Source: a virus. Taken from it: 64,000 nucleotides of DNA. Location: the IMG/VR virus record IMGVR_UViG_3300024503_000485, positions 1-64,000 of that record. One strand, written 5' to 3'. Each line of letters begins with the position of its first letter. The first letter of the stretch is position 1. The notes under the pieces were generated by a model. The model was not told the DNA's origin, searched no databases, and saw only the letters and a program-made list of their open reading frames with translations. This document shows positions 10,068-19,224 of the stretch, one piece after another. The translations under genes and the position numbers were made by a program.

Positions 10068-10606
10068 TTACTCTAAAGCAATTTATGGAAACTTGTAACT
10101 ATCGTATTACTGAAGGTAGTGAATACGGTTGGCAATGTTTTGGGCGTGATGCTTATCGCTTAGATTCTTGGAATGGCGATATTGAAGGACACACAATTAC
10201 CATTGTGTTTGATACCAAAACACAGGTTGTCTATGAAGTAGAAGCATTTGACTATAAACGTGAACGTGCTTATCGTATGATCAATCTTGCGTTCAAACCT
10301 GCCTTTGATGCAGAAGTTGAGGATCGAGAAATCCTTGATATGGCTTGGGAAAAAGATGACGGTACACCCGTTAAGTATGTTGACATTGATGTAGATGAAG
10401 ACTTTCTTGAAAAGGCCTATGCTATCTGCAACGATCAAGAATATGATACTCGTGTACAGGTTCAAGTAGAGTTCTCAGACGAAGAACTTTTAAATTACAT
10501 GAAGATTGCTCACGAACGCGATATTACTTTTAATCAACTTGTAGAACAAGCATTAAAGGCTGCAATCGATCTTAATGCTTCTATTAAGAATCTTAGATTA
10601 GACTAA
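10064..10606 (+). CDS. hypothetical protein
   Basis: 180-aa acidic ORF. Confidence 0.4.
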   Translation: MITLKQFMETCNYRITEGSEYGWQCFGRDAYRLDSWNGDIEGHTITIVFDTKTQVVYEVEAFDYKRERAYRMINLAFKPAFDAEVEDREILDMAWEKDDGTPVKYVDIDVDEDFLEKAYAICNDQEYDTRVQVQVEFSDEELLNYMKIAHERDITFNQLVEQALKAAIDLNASIKNLRLD

Positions 10607-11155
10607 CCAAGTATTCACTGCCTGTGTTCCTGCAAGTTCACAGCAGTGACTCCATAGGTCTCTTGGTGGTATTGTAAATAGATCTTCTGGGCCTGGAGCA
10701 CGGGCAACTATCCAGCTAGAATCAATGGTCCACGGACCTTCACCGTCCATTTCCATTTCAAGTTGTCCTGGTGCCCAACTGCTTAGACCAATCATAACTC
10801 TAAACCATTTTGGTCTATCGCCATCGATGATCTTGTGAAACATATTCATTGAACTGGTCATTGACCAATGTGTTCCAATTCTTAAGGTATTGTCTGCTGT
10901 CCAGCTTGGGTCATGCAACATCCATACCGTGTTAACTCCAACTGGCCCACCCCAATATAAAGGAATGTCTTGTTCCAGAGATATTTCAATTGGTTTTATT
11001 ATTTCATTAACGGTATGACCGGACGGTCTGTTAATGCACAAGCCCTGACTACCCTGATTTGTATCCTGGGTCAATAATATTACGGTTTGTTTAAATCTTG
11101 GGTCTGCCATTGCTGGCGGAGATATCAATAAATCTCCAGGGCGGTATTGAGTCAT
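10598..11155 (-). CDS. YqgE/AlgH-like (UPF0301/DUF179) protein
   Basis: N-terminus PGDLLISPPAMADPRFKQTVILLTQDTNQGSQGLCINRP matches the AlgH family signature. Confidence 0.5.
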   Translation of the reverse strand: MTQYRPGDLLISPPAMADPRFKQTVILLTQDTNQGSQGLCINRPSGHTVNEIIKPIEISLEQDIPLYWGGPVGVNTVWMLHDPSWTADNTLRIGTHWSMTSSMNMFHKIIDGDRPKWFRVMIGLSSWAPGQLEMEMDGEGPWTIDSSWIVARAPGPEDLFTIPPRDLWSHCCELAGTQAVNTWLV

Positions 11156-11158
11156 TGT

Positions 11159-11647
11159 TTAACTCCAATCAGGTAAAGGGCCTCCGTATTTTTTGCCTTT
11201 GATCTTTTTGCCTCTAACTTTAACACGTTCGCTGCCTACCTTGTGTGATTTGCCGCCTTCTCTTGATCTGTACCCTTGACTCTTGCATGAAGCAAGCTGG
11301 CTGGCTCCAAGGGCACTATCGGGCTTTCCCGATGTACATAAGGCACGCGATGCAGGTTCTTCTGCAACTGCTTCATCGTCTGTGCCACCTCCAAACATAA
11401 CATCATCGTTGATTGGAAAATCTAAATCCATAAAACGCTCAGGTAATTGAGCTGTGCTGATAATCATTTCAAGCTCTTCTTCTGTTGGATGTACTTTCAA
11501 AAGAACTTTGGCAGCTTCATCGTGAGCATCGCCATTTTCCCAAATATTAATATCATAGTGTTCTTTGTAAAGTTCAGCCACGGCCTGCATGACCTTATGA
11601 TAATCTGTGGTGAATATATTTTCTGTAATAATATCTTTTATTTTCAT
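11159..11647 (-). CDS. hypothetical protein
   Basis: 162-aa ORF with a basic C-terminus. Confidence 0.4.
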   Translation of the reverse strand: MKIKDIITENIFTTDYHKVMQAVAELYKEHYDINIWENGDAHDEAAKVLLKVHPTEEELEMIISTAQLPERFMDLDFPINDDVMFGGGTDDEAVAEEPASRALCTSGKPDSALGASQLASCKSQGYRSREGGKSHKVGSERVKVRGKKIKGKKYGGPLPDWS

Positions 11648-11648
11648 A

Positions 11649-11882
11649 TTAAGCTACCTGAGCAACTGCGTAGATCGCGTTGACTAAAAGTGTTTTAGTA
11701 TCTAGGTCAGTGGCTTCTGCATCAAGTCTATCTGCTCGAACTAGGTCTAACATTAGTTCTCGATATTCATCCGCTGATATACCACCCTGTTGATATTGGC
11801 CAGCAATTTCCAAGGCCATTTGAGCTCTTTGTGCTGCCCAACTTGGGCCATTGGCTGCTAGATGTTGTAGGTGTTCAAACAT
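11649..11882 (-). CDS. hypothetical protein
   Basis: 77-aa ORF. Confidence 0.35.
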   Translation of the reverse strand: MFEHLQHLAANGPSWAAQRAQMALEIAGQYQQGGISADEYRELMLDLVRADRLDAEATDLDTKTLLVNAIYAVAQVA

Positions 11883-12271
11883 TAGAATCTCCCAAGGATA
11901 CTAGCTGCGGCACGCTCTGCTTGTGCTGCCATTAGTTTCTTTTTAATTTCACAATAGACCTTAGAACCCTGTTGTGTCTGTGCTCGAGTAACCATGTCTC
12001 CTACGGTTTCCTGTAAGGGTTTGATAATGTTAATAACATCCTGATGTCTACGACCAGCGGATTGGCTGTATAATTCAAACCAACGTAGATCCTGTTGTAT
12101 CTTTAGTACCTGTGGTAACTGCTCTTGAGAGCAGTCCAAACGATCAATGTCTGCACGAACATCGATTATTCTAGAACTTTGATTAGGATCCGAAAAACTA
12201 GGAATCATGCCTACTAGGCTTGAGCAGCCAGAAAGCATGAAAACACATACTAGAGCAATTAGTCTATTCAT
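11882..12271 (-). CDS. lipoprotein
   Basis: Signal and lipobox LSGCSS. Confidence 0.5.
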   Translation of the reverse strand: MNRLIALVCVFMLSGCSSLVGMIPSFSDPNQSSRIIDVRADIDRLDCSQEQLPQVLKIQQDLRWFELYSQSAGRRHQDVINIIKPLQETVGDMVTRAQTQQGSKVYCEIKKKLMAAQAERAAASILGRF

Positions 12272-12286
12272 AAAAATATTTAGTTC

Positions 12287-12868
12287 TTAGGCTAGATTAA
12301 ATGCTATGCTGACTCGCTGTTTATCTGTGCGGTTAACTCCTACCTTGTGTGTTAACCAACTAGGAAACATGATCAAAGTTCCTGTTTTTGGCTGTATATG
12401 ATGGCTCTGACGTTGTGGCAGTAGATCTGCGGGCCATAGTCTAAGATGATCTACAGGGTTAGGGCTTTTAAAGGTTAAATTACCCTCATCACCATCTGCT
12501 TGATAATAGTAGCAGCCCGAAATAGCTCGTTCCGGATGTACATGATCGTACATGAAGTTTTTGGGCTCGTAGATATTGACCCAGCTGTCTGTGAGCCTAA
12601 AGGGTCTAACTGGATATTTGATAAAATTACACCAATCACGTAGACTTTCAAATATAGAGTCAGTTAGGTGGTTCATGCCCAGGTCCACAATATCGTTGGA
12701 GCCGTCAAATTTAAAGCTGGAACTAACTTCGTCGTCCCAGGGATTATCCTTGACTTCCAACTGGTCTAATGCTTGTTTGATCTGTGCCTGTACTCGATCT
12801 AGTTCTTCGCCCTCTAGTTCACGTACATAAACAGGAGCATAAAATAAGTGTAGTTTTTGTGATTTCAT
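12287..12868 (-). CDS. 2OG-Fe(II) oxygenase family protein (paralog 3)
   Basis: FPSWLTHKV signature. Start trimmed to MKSQK to abut the upstream gene. Confidence 0.5.
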   Translation of the reverse strand: MKSQKLHLFYAPVYVRELEGEELDRVQAQIKQALDQLEVKDNPWDDEVSSSFKFDGSNDIVDLGMNHLTDSIFESLRDWCNFIKYPVRPFRLTDSWVNIYEPKNFMYDHVHPERAISGCYYYQADGDEGNLTFKSPNPVDHLRLWPADLLPQRQSHHIQPKTGTLIMFPSWLTHKVGVNRTDKQRVSIAFNLA

Positions 12869-13476
12869 TTGAATACCAAGTAAGTTGAAAGAATGTATTT
12901 GGTTTGTCCGTCTTGGGGCATAAGCCCTGCATGAGGAAAATGCCAAGTGGGTGTGAATATACAGAGCCGACCTCGACGAGCAGCCACGGTCATGTTTTCC
13001 AAAGGAAACTCTGTGCCAGCGTCCGAATCGTTGAGATAAAACAAACAGGCCAAAAATCTAGATGAAGTTTCTAGGGTAGTATTATCAGCGTGTAGTTTAA
13101 ACTCATGACGACCATTGGGTCTATAGCATTTGATTCTAAAACCCTCTAGGGCAAAGTCATAGGGCAAGATGTTTAGAGTGTCCCAATCACGCTTATAGTC
13201 ACTGACCAAGGGTATGACCCTAGCTGAGAGTTGATCGCAGGTCTCAGTCCAATCATAGGCCCAGTGGCTGCTTTTCTTATAAAGATCCCAGGGATTACGA
13301 GCCTGAGGGTGGCGTGTAGAGTGTAGATCTAATTCAATTAATTTGGCCCACTCGCCCGGACGTTCCTTATGGAATCGAGCGCAGAGTTCAAAGGCCTTGA
13401 CCATTTCATCGCAGAATTCTGGGTCAAGGGCAGCGTCAATGACCCGTATGTAGTTTTTGTCGTAGACTATTTCCAT
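12865..13476 (-). CDS. prolyl-4-hydroxylase-like 2OG-Fe(II) oxygenase
   Basis: HxD (LHADN) and distal His (WHFPHAG) in a P4Hc-like arrangement. Confidence 0.55.
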   Translation of the reverse strand: MEIVYDKNYIRVIDAALDPEFCDEMVKAFELCARFHKERPGEWAKLIELDLHSTRHPQARNPWDLYKKSSHWAYDWTETCDQLSARVIPLVSDYKRDWDTLNILPYDFALEGFRIKCYRPNGRHEFKLHADNTTLETSSRFLACLFYLNDSDAGTEFPLENMTVAARRGRLCIFTPTWHFPHAGLMPQDGQTKYILSTYLVFK

Positions 13477-13496
13477 GCAGTATTTACTGCTGGGGC

Positions 13497-14339
13497 CTAG
13501 CTGCCAAATACGATTGTGAATGCTGTTTGTCTAAGGGCCAGGTTATCCACATAGGCCTTGGTAGTGGCCTGAAGGGGTTCTGTTACTGCTTCTGTTAGGC
13601 TAAGGGTACCCAGGGTAGTTATGTGTAGCCATTGGGGGTCTGTGTATTCTTGAGTTTCTAAAACAGCACCCTCTTGATAGGGCCCTGTTTCAAGCTCAAA
13701 GTTTAAGACATAGTCAGGGCCAGTGCCTTCAATGGTCACTGAGCTGCCCGAGCCCGAGGGTCTAGTTGTAACAGAGCCTATGCTGATCTCAGGTGCAGGG
13801 CCTGCGACATAGCCAGCTACCTGTTCACGCCCATCCGACCAGCGATATATGAGATTGCCCGTGGCTGTGTCTACTCTAAGACTTTCTATTTGCTGAGCTG
13901 CGGCCGAAGTTTGTACCACTTCTGTAGTGATCAGCTGTGCCCTAGGCGTTTGAGCAGTTTCATCGCTGACCAAGCCTGAGGTAGTCAAAGCCCAGGTTAG
14001 GCTAAGATTTTCAGCTGTGACAATGTTGTCTGTGGTTAATAGTTCAAGGGGAAACTGAGTGCCCAGAACTGATCTGCCCTTGCGAATGTTCTGTTGATAA
14101 TGATCAAACCAAGCACGTGACCAATCAATTCTATTCTTATACTCTTCACGGTCTATGGTGATGCTGACAATGGTCTGTCCTAGCAGATCCGAGCTAGGCG
14201 GGTTAGCTGTGCGTATTTCCTTACTGGTAAATTTAAGCGCAACTTCTCGAATGGCTCTAGCATTGGCCCTAGTGGGTGTAACTCCTGAGCGTATCAAGGA
14301 GTCTGTGAGCACACGATGTTGATTTTTGGTAAGAGCCAT
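13497..14339 (-). CDS. hypothetical protein (Thr/Ser/Gly-rich, GC-rich codons)
   Basis: 280-aa ORF at the edge of the GC-rich block. Confidence 0.4.
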   Translation of the reverse strand: MALTKNQHRVLTDSLIRSGVTPTRANARAIREVALKFTSKEIRTANPPSSDLLGQTIVSITIDREEYKNRIDWSRAWFDHYQQNIRKGRSVLGTQFPLELLTTDNIVTAENLSLTWALTTSGLVSDETAQTPRAQLITTEVVQTSAAAQQIESLRVDTATGNLIYRWSDGREQVAGYVAGPAPEISIGSVTTRPSGSGSSVTIEGTGPDYVLNFELETGPYQEGAVLETQEYTDPQWLHITTLGTLSLTEAVTEPLQATTKAYVDNLALRQTAFTIVFGS

Positions 14340-14351
14340 ACTAGTATTTAA

Positions 14352-14702
14352 TTAAACCCAGCTGCGACTATGACTTCTAGATAATTCTGGGTATTTGATT
14401 TCAAAGAACACACGATTACGATCAGGCACAAAAAAGTCTATGTCGCCCCCAGGTTGTATACTGAGAAAGCCACCCCACGCTTGTACATCACGCCAAATCT
14501 GTTCAGGATCTAACCCATGTCGAAAGTGATGATATCTATAACAATGATCTGTGATCTGAATCGCCATCCTGTACTTATCCAAAATGGCCGAGCATAATTC
14601 TATAAGCCGCGAAGCGGCAGCGGTAGCGCCATAAATATCAAATGAGGAAATTGCTGTTAATTTTAACTCTAGGCCTAGAGGCATGCTCACAGCTTTGCCC
14701 AC
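14352..14702 (-). CDS. hypothetical protein
   Basis: 116-aa ORF. Confidence 0.4.
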   Translation of the reverse strand: MGKAVSMPLGLELKLTAISSFDIYGATAAASRLIELCSAILDKYRMAIQITDHCYRYHHFRHGLDPEQIWRDVQAWGGFLSIQPGGDIDFFVPDRNRVFFEIKYPELSRSHSRSWV

Positions 14703-14754
14703 AGGGCCTTACAGAAGATCCACATAGAGTGTGTGTGCAGATAAGGATACAGGT

Positions 14755-15012
14755 ATGAAACAACAGGTTTGGTATCTGGTGCATAAAGACACCCAAAGAC
14801 GCTTAAAGTACTACAGGTCTCTTGCGGGTGCTCGTATAGCACAAAGAGCACGTAATCATAGACTGGGCTTTATTGAGCGTGTAGAGCGTGTAGAGATATG
14901 GGATAACTGGGAAGTGGAAAGGTGCAAAAATAAAGCGGGTCTTATCTTAGAAGCAACTTGGTGTATAGTAGAAGACACCGTGGACATTGAGGATTTATAT
15001 GCAGAAGAATGA
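14755..15012 (+). CDS. hypothetical early protein
   Basis: ATG after RBS AAGGA. This is the first plus-strand gene of the GC-rich cassette block. Confidence 0.4.
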   Translation: MKQQVWYLVHKDTQRRLKYYRSLAGARIAQRARNHRLGFIERVERVEIWDNWEVERCKNKAGLILEATWCIVEDTVDIEDLYAEE

Positions 15013-15128
15013 TACGAAACTACAAGCATTACTAGCAAGTATAGTCTTAGTCTTGGTCTACTGGCTGTTTTGGATCATAACACATTAAATACTTGTATAA
15101 CAACAAACAACTACGCAGGAGCGTGTAT

Positions 15129-15332
15129 ATGCGTAATCCAGAAGAAATTTCTAAATGGGTAAGAACAGAACTGGCTAGAGTAAATCCCTATACAGATAAA
15201 CTTAGAGCACATCTTTGGGCAGTGGGTTTTCTAAGTTCAATTATAGCTAGTCTAATATGGGCAGACTCTAAGAACTTGACGAGTTTTAGACTGGCTGTGG
15301 CTGCTAAACTCAAAGAACAAGATAGACTATGA
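15129..15332 (+). CDS. hypothetical small membrane protein
   Basis: RBS CAGGAGCG, one TM segment. Confidence 0.4.
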   Translation: MRNPEEISKWVRTELARVNPYTDKLRAHLWAVGFLSSIIASLIWADSKNLTSFRLAVAAKLKEQDRL

Positions 15333-15792
15333 CCTATAATGGCCCCGCTGTAGAATCAACGTGTACATATATGTAGTATAGGCCTAAAGGCCGAGGGAAC
15401 TATATATACATTCTTACTGAAGGATAAGAATCAAAGATTCTTACTGAGCTGTAGACGTTGATTTTACTGGGGTTTTGCAGCTGGGTCAGTAAGTAGCAAA
15501 AAGTGTGATTTACTGAGCCTAGACTCGCGTACAGGCCCCGCTGCGTAGGGTGTGCGCAAGGAAAAAGTGCAGAAAAGTGTGATAAAGTGTGAAATTGTGT
15601 GGTATTTGAACTATGCCTCATAACCAATTCACCACGGTAGAGTCTACACTAAAAGATTCTAGCCTAGACTCTGCTCAAACGATTCAGAATCCACCATTTC
15701 TCAGGGAGAATCCACCGTGAATCCACCGTGAACTAGTGCTCTTAAACCAGTCTACGGTAGGCGCAAAGTGGCCCCGCTGCTGTAGATTGTGG

Positions 15793-15821
15793 TTGACATA
15801 CTCACGTAATGACTATATAAT
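15793..15821 (+). promoter_or_regulatory. early sigma70-type promoter (GGTTGACA-N17-TATAAT)
   Basis: TTGACA at 15793-15798, TATAAT at 15816-15821. Confidence 0.65.
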
Positions 15822-15828
15822 ATCGCAT

Positions 15829-16083
15829 ATGACACAAAGAGAAGTATTTGAATATAACAATGAAGAAGAAGCCGAAATGGCTCAGATTCATAGTCTACAC
15901 ATTAATCAGAACGCTATAGATTCTGTACAAGCAGAGTTGGCTCGTCAAAGATCACAGCCTAGTCTAGAGGAATGTGAAGACTGCGGTGAAGCTATTCCAC
16001 AGGCTAGACAGCAAATGGTCCCAGGTTGTACACGCTGCGTATACTGCCAAGGCTTATTTGAGCGTCGTAGAGCTGGATACTAA
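15829..16083 (+). CDS. TraR/DksA-family C4 zinc-finger protein
   Basis: C-terminal CEDCGEAIPQARQQMVPGCTRCVYCQ is the dksA/traR C4-type finger. The start sits just downstream of the promoter. Confidence 0.65.
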   Translation: MTQREVFEYNNEEEAEMAQIHSLHINQNAIDSVQAELARQRSQPSLEECEDCGEAIPQARQQMVPGCTRCVYCQGLFERRRAGY

Positions 16084-16153
16084 TAGGCCCCGCTGCTATA
16101 CACACGTACATGTATGCAAAAGAAAAGACTATTATCTAAAAGCAGAGACTCTA

Positions 16154-16452
16154 TGACCCTACCTGATGAACGTTATCGCGCTGTAGAGCAAACACAGCGT
16201 TTTCTAGAATCACTATTAGATTCTGCACAAACTCCCAGAGTACCCAAAAAGATCCGAGATTCAGCAAGAAGTCTGCTGCGCCACTATCCCTCACGTTGGG
16301 ATCTAGATCGTGCAGCAGCAGCTAGTCCTGATGTTTTTATACGTAGACTTGATCCCTTGTACAAGATGGTCAAGACTCATGACATGCAGCAGCGTATGGC
16401 CGAGGATGTGGAAGAAGATCTACGTGAAGCTAAGAATAGAGGTGAACTATGA
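16154..16452 (+). CDS. hypothetical protein
   Basis: ORF MTLPDERYRAVEQ... An alternative upstream ATG at 16114 would overlap a repeat element. Confidence 0.4.
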
Positions 16453-16625
16453 CTAGGATAAAGATTGTTCAACCGGTGGAAGCGGACGGGGAAGTGGCTA
16501 TGACTCCAGAAGAACTAGCACTAGCACAGGCTCGTCAACGTGCTGCGCTGGTGCCTAAATACGGGGAACCTGGCTGGAATCCTGATGCTCGCGACCCCGA
16601 CACTGACACCTTACCCAATCAATAA
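16449..16625 (+). CDS. hypothetical small protein
   Basis: 58 aa, ATGA-coupled to the upstream gene. Confidence 0.35.
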   Translation: MTRIKIVQPVEADGEVAMTPEELALAQARQRAALVPKYGEPGWNPDARDPDTDTLPNQ

Positions 16626-16631
16626 TTAATT

Positions 16632-16705
16632 CACGCATTAGCTCAGTTGGATAGAGCAACAGCCTTCTAAGCTGTGGGTCAGGGGTTCGAATCCCTTATG
16701 CGTGG
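16632..16705 (+). tRNA. tRNA-Arg (anticodon UCU)
   Basis: Manual cloverleaf: acceptor CACGCAT/ATGCGTG, D-stem GCTC/GAGC, anticodon loop CTTCTAA, T-loop TTCGAAT. An encoded CCA follows at 16706-16708. Confidence 0.8.
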
Positions 16706-16712
16706 CCAGTTA

Positions 16713-16787
<75 letters not shown>

Positions 16788-16799
16788 CCACTTGAGAAA

Positions 16800-16832
16800 C
16801 CCTATAGTCAACTCAGCTATAGGGTTTTTTCT
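16800..16832 (+). terminator. rho-independent terminator
   Basis: 8-bp stem CCCTATAG/CTATAGGG followed by T6. Confidence 0.7.
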
Positions 16833-16860
16833 TGTCCAAACGGCTGTGATCGTGTACAAT
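16832..16860 (+). promoter_or_regulatory. sigma70-type promoter (TTGTCC-N17-TACAAT)
   Basis: Lies immediately after the tRNA terminator and drives small ORF 16882-17010. Confidence 0.45.
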
Positions 16861-16881
16861 ATGCATTTAAACAAGGACAGC

Positions 16882-17010
16882 AATGACAGCACTACAGCAA
16901 AAGTTCTACGCTGCGTTAGCCTCGCTACAGCAGCACACAAATTTAGATGACGAAGAACAGCAAGACGCAATTGCTGCACTCGCGCAGCTAATCGAGGATC
17001 ACGTCAAATA
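16882..17010 (+). CDS. hypothetical small protein (42 aa)
   Basis: RBS AAGGA then ATG. Reads MTALQQKFYAALASLQQHTNLDDEEQQDAIAALAQLIEDHVK. Confidence 0.3.
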
Positions 17011-17044
17011 ACCCTAGGCCCTCTAGGGTCTTAGACAAAATTGG

Positions 17045-17073
17045 TTGACATTTTGGCGCAGAGATCGTACAAT
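17045..17073 (+). promoter_or_regulatory. early sigma70-type promoter
   Basis: TGGTTGACA, 17-nt spacer, TACAAT. Confidence 0.65.
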
Positions 17074-17097
17074 ATACATATGTTGAAGGAGCGGCGA

Positions 17098-17418
17098 ATG
17101 CGAGCAAAGAGATCAGATCGTAATCACATCATCTATGAACTACGTGTTAACGGTGAGAACTACATTGGTGTCACAGCCAAGACTGAATCAACTATTAATA
17201 AGAGTGTTCGCGCTCGTGCTGCCAAGCACTTCTATCGTGCCAAAACAGAAACTAAGAATTGGCTGCTTTGCTCAGCTCTACGCAAGCTCAACAGCAAAGA
17301 AGAAATTGAAATCATTGTTCACGAGATTGTTCGTGGCAAAGCCCTGGCCCATAAGCGCGAAGTAGAAATCCGCAGACTGGTAGGCCCTACACTAAACACA
17401 GACACACGAGGAGACTAA
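17098..17418 (+). CDS. small GIY-YIG nuclease-domain protein
   Basis: HIIYELRVNGENYIGVT is a GIY-x10-YIG motif, followed by basic residues. About 106 aa, resembling YhbQ/UPF0213 or a minimal freestanding GIY-YIG protein. Confidence 0.55.
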   Translation: MRAKRSDRNHIIYELRVNGENYIGVTAKTESTINKSVRARAAKHFYRAKTETKNWLLCSALRKLNSKEEIEIIVHEIVRGKALAHKREVEIRRLVGPTLNTDTRGD

Positions 17419-17419
17419 C

Positions 17420-17674
17420 ATGGACTTGACCGTAGAAATGTATCGTATAGATCGTCGCTGCAAAGCGGGCCGAGTACTAGTAATGAAGCAGGACTACACA
17501 GACGTGAGCTGGGCCCAAATGGAGCGCATGTACCCACGTCGTCCACGCTACATCGTAGAGTTTCACGAGACTTGGGTTACAAAGACTAACCTTATGACGG
17601 GCTTGCCCTATCAGGAACGTTACGATACCCCACATTGCTGTTCAGCAGCCAGCGAGACCTACTGGAGCATGTAG
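17420..17674 (+). CDS. hypothetical protein
   Basis: 84-aa ORF. Confidence 0.4.
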   Translation: MDLTVEMYRIDRRCKAGRVLVMKQDYTDVSWAQMERMYPRRPRYIVEFHETWVTKTNLMTGLPYQERYDTPHCCSAASETYWSM

Positions 17675-17677
17675 GGG

Positions 17678-17706
17678 TTGACAACTAGGAATTTTGGCAG
17701 TATAAT
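17678..17706 (+). promoter_or_regulatory. early sigma70-type promoter
   Basis: GGTTGACAAC...TATAAT with 17-nt spacer. Confidence 0.65.
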
Positions 17707-17734
17707 ACAGGCTTACAACGTTAAGGAGCGACCT

Positions 17735-17911
17735 ATGACTAACCCAATCCCTTCTAGCAACATTTGGCACACACCCGCAGATCTCAACGAGCTGCAGGAT
17801 ATGATCAATCAGTTCACAGGCCAGGAAGCTGCGCTGGCTGCACACGTGATGATGTTGACCCTGAACACCTGCCACAAATTAGTCGATGAAGCTATCAAGG
17901 AGGCCGCATGA
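17735..17911 (+). CDS. hypothetical small protein
   Basis: RBS AAGGAGCG, 58 aa. Confidence 0.4.
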   Translation: MTNPIPSSNIWHTPADLNELQDMINQFTGQEAALAAHVMMLTLNTCHKLVDEAIKEAA

Positions 17912-18273
17912 GGTACTGGGACGAACTGCTGCGCGAGCAGCGTAATGGTCTAACCGTGATCGTGGACAAGACCTGGGAAGACTGCTCTATTCGCGATCTC
18001 TTTGATGAAAGCTGCTGTGATGTAGAGGACCTGGAACGTAAGGTTAACAGGGGCGATTTGGATTGGTTTATGCTCAGAGCTCGCGTCATGTACAATGATC
18101 TGGAACTGGGCTCAGAGATCTGTGGAGGGTTCCTCTACGAAGATGCTCGCGATGTGCTGCGTGATGGTATGGCTGACGAGATGATCTGGCAAGCAGAGGA
18201 AGAAGCCAAACGACAATTACCCGGCCTTATTGAAGGGTTATTGCGTGTAGAGGTTGACAAATTGGCTGCGTGA
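17908..18273 (+). CDS. hypothetical protein
   Basis: 121 aa, acidic. Confidence 0.4.
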   Translation: MRYWDELLREQRNGLTVIVDKTWEDCSIRDLFDESCCDVEDLERKVNRGDLDWFMLRARVMYNDLELGSEICGGFLYEDARDVLRDGMADEMIWQAEEEAKRQLPGLIEGLLRVEVDKLAA

Positions 18274-18282
18274 GCATACAAT
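18254..18282 (+). promoter_or_regulatory. early sigma70-type promoter
   Basis: GGTTGACAA, N17, TACAAT. Lies within the 3' end of the upstream ORF. Confidence 0.6.
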
Positions 18283-18309
18283 AGAGACTTAGCAACAAAG
18301 GAGCGCGAT

Positions 18310-18648
18310 ATGCAGACACTTTTTAGCACAGCAGGCGACGGCTTGTGGAGCAACGTAGCAAAGCCTGTACACATTGTAGACATGCAACTTGCCTACATTA
18401 ACGACGAGAGAGATTTTGGCGAGCTGCGTGTTTACTTTAACACTAAGTTTTGGGACGTTAACAAAGACGGTCTCATTTACACAGACAGCAACTTTATTGA
18501 AGAACTGCGCAATTTTTTAATTGCACAAGAACTAACTGACGACTGCGACTACAGCGAGCAAGGCATGCAGGGAGACAACTACGTTAGCTTAGACGTGGGA
18601 GAGGGCTTTATTGCTGCGTGGGATGCAAAGTTTAACTTGTTTGCATAA
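18310..18648 (+). CDS. hypothetical protein
   Basis: RBS AAGGAGCG, 112 aa. Confidence 0.4.
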   Translation: MQTLFSTAGDGLWSNVAKPVHIVDMQLAYINDERDFGELRVYFNTKFWDVNKDGLIYTDSNFIEELRNFLIAQELTDDCDYSEQGMQGDNYVSLDVGEGFIAAWDAKFNLFA

Positions 18649-18654
18649 GCACAA

Positions 18655-18691
18655 AACGGGGGTTGACAACAGCCCCCGTTTATAGTACAAT
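18655..18691 (+). promoter_or_regulatory. early promoter whose -35 sits in a hairpin loop
   Basis: Stem AACGGGGG/CCCCCGTT (18655-18662 and 18673-18680) encloses TTGACAACAG. TACAAT at 18686-18691. Confidence 0.6.
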
Positions 18692-18720
18692 AGACACACA
18701 TTAACACAAAGGAGCGTGAA

Positions 18721-19143
18721 ATGGCTACTCGAAGCACTATTGCAATGGAGCAACCCGACGGTCGCGTAATGCAGATCTACTGCCACTGGGACGGTTACCT
18801 TGATCACAACGGAGAGATCCTTCAGGAGCACTATCGTGATCGCGCTAAGGTTTTGGCACTCATGTATCTGGGCGATATCAGCTCCTTAGCTCCTAGCATC
18901 GGAGAACCGCACGATTGGGACAACTGCCCTGAGGGTGTCTGCAACGCCTACGGACGCGATCGTGGCGAATCGGGCTGTGAAGCTCGTGTGTTCAAGGACT
19001 TTGAGGACTACAAGGCCAACCACCAGTACGAAGAATACGAGTATATCTTCCGTTCGGACGATCAGTGGTATGTTTCCGAATACAGCCGAGCCTACCGCGC
19101 ACTTGAGCAGGTGCTGGCAGAAGCAGAAACCCTAGAGGATTAA
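18721..19143 (+). CDS. hypothetical protein
   Basis: RBS AAGGAGCG, 140 aa. Confidence 0.4.
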   Translation: MATRSTIAMEQPDGRVMQIYCHWDGYLDHNGEILQEHYRDRAKVLALMYLGDISSLAPSIGEPHDWDNCPEGVCNAYGRDRGESGCEARVFKDFEDYKANHQYEEYEYIFRSDDQWYVSEYSRAYRALEQVLAEAETLED

Positions 19144-19162
19144 GGGTTATTACTGAATGGGG

Positions 19163-19191
19163 TTGACAACAGCCTCATTTGGTAATATAAT
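19163..19191 (+). promoter_or_regulatory. early sigma70-type promoter
   Basis: GGTTGACAACAGCC, N17, TATAAT. Confidence 0.65.
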
Positions 19192-19224
19192 AGAGGTATG
19201 TTCAACAAATGCATAGGAGCGAAA

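Noticed and set aside
15400-15627. A 75-aa minus-strand ORF in the repeat-rich non-coding hub
   Set aside because: It has no start context and the region is dominated by repeats and palindromes. It is more likely non-coding.
16114-16153. An upstream ATG extension of ORF 16154-16452
   Set aside because: The extension would run through the GGCCCCGCTG repeat element immediately after the previous stop. The internal ATG is more plausible, but this is not certain.
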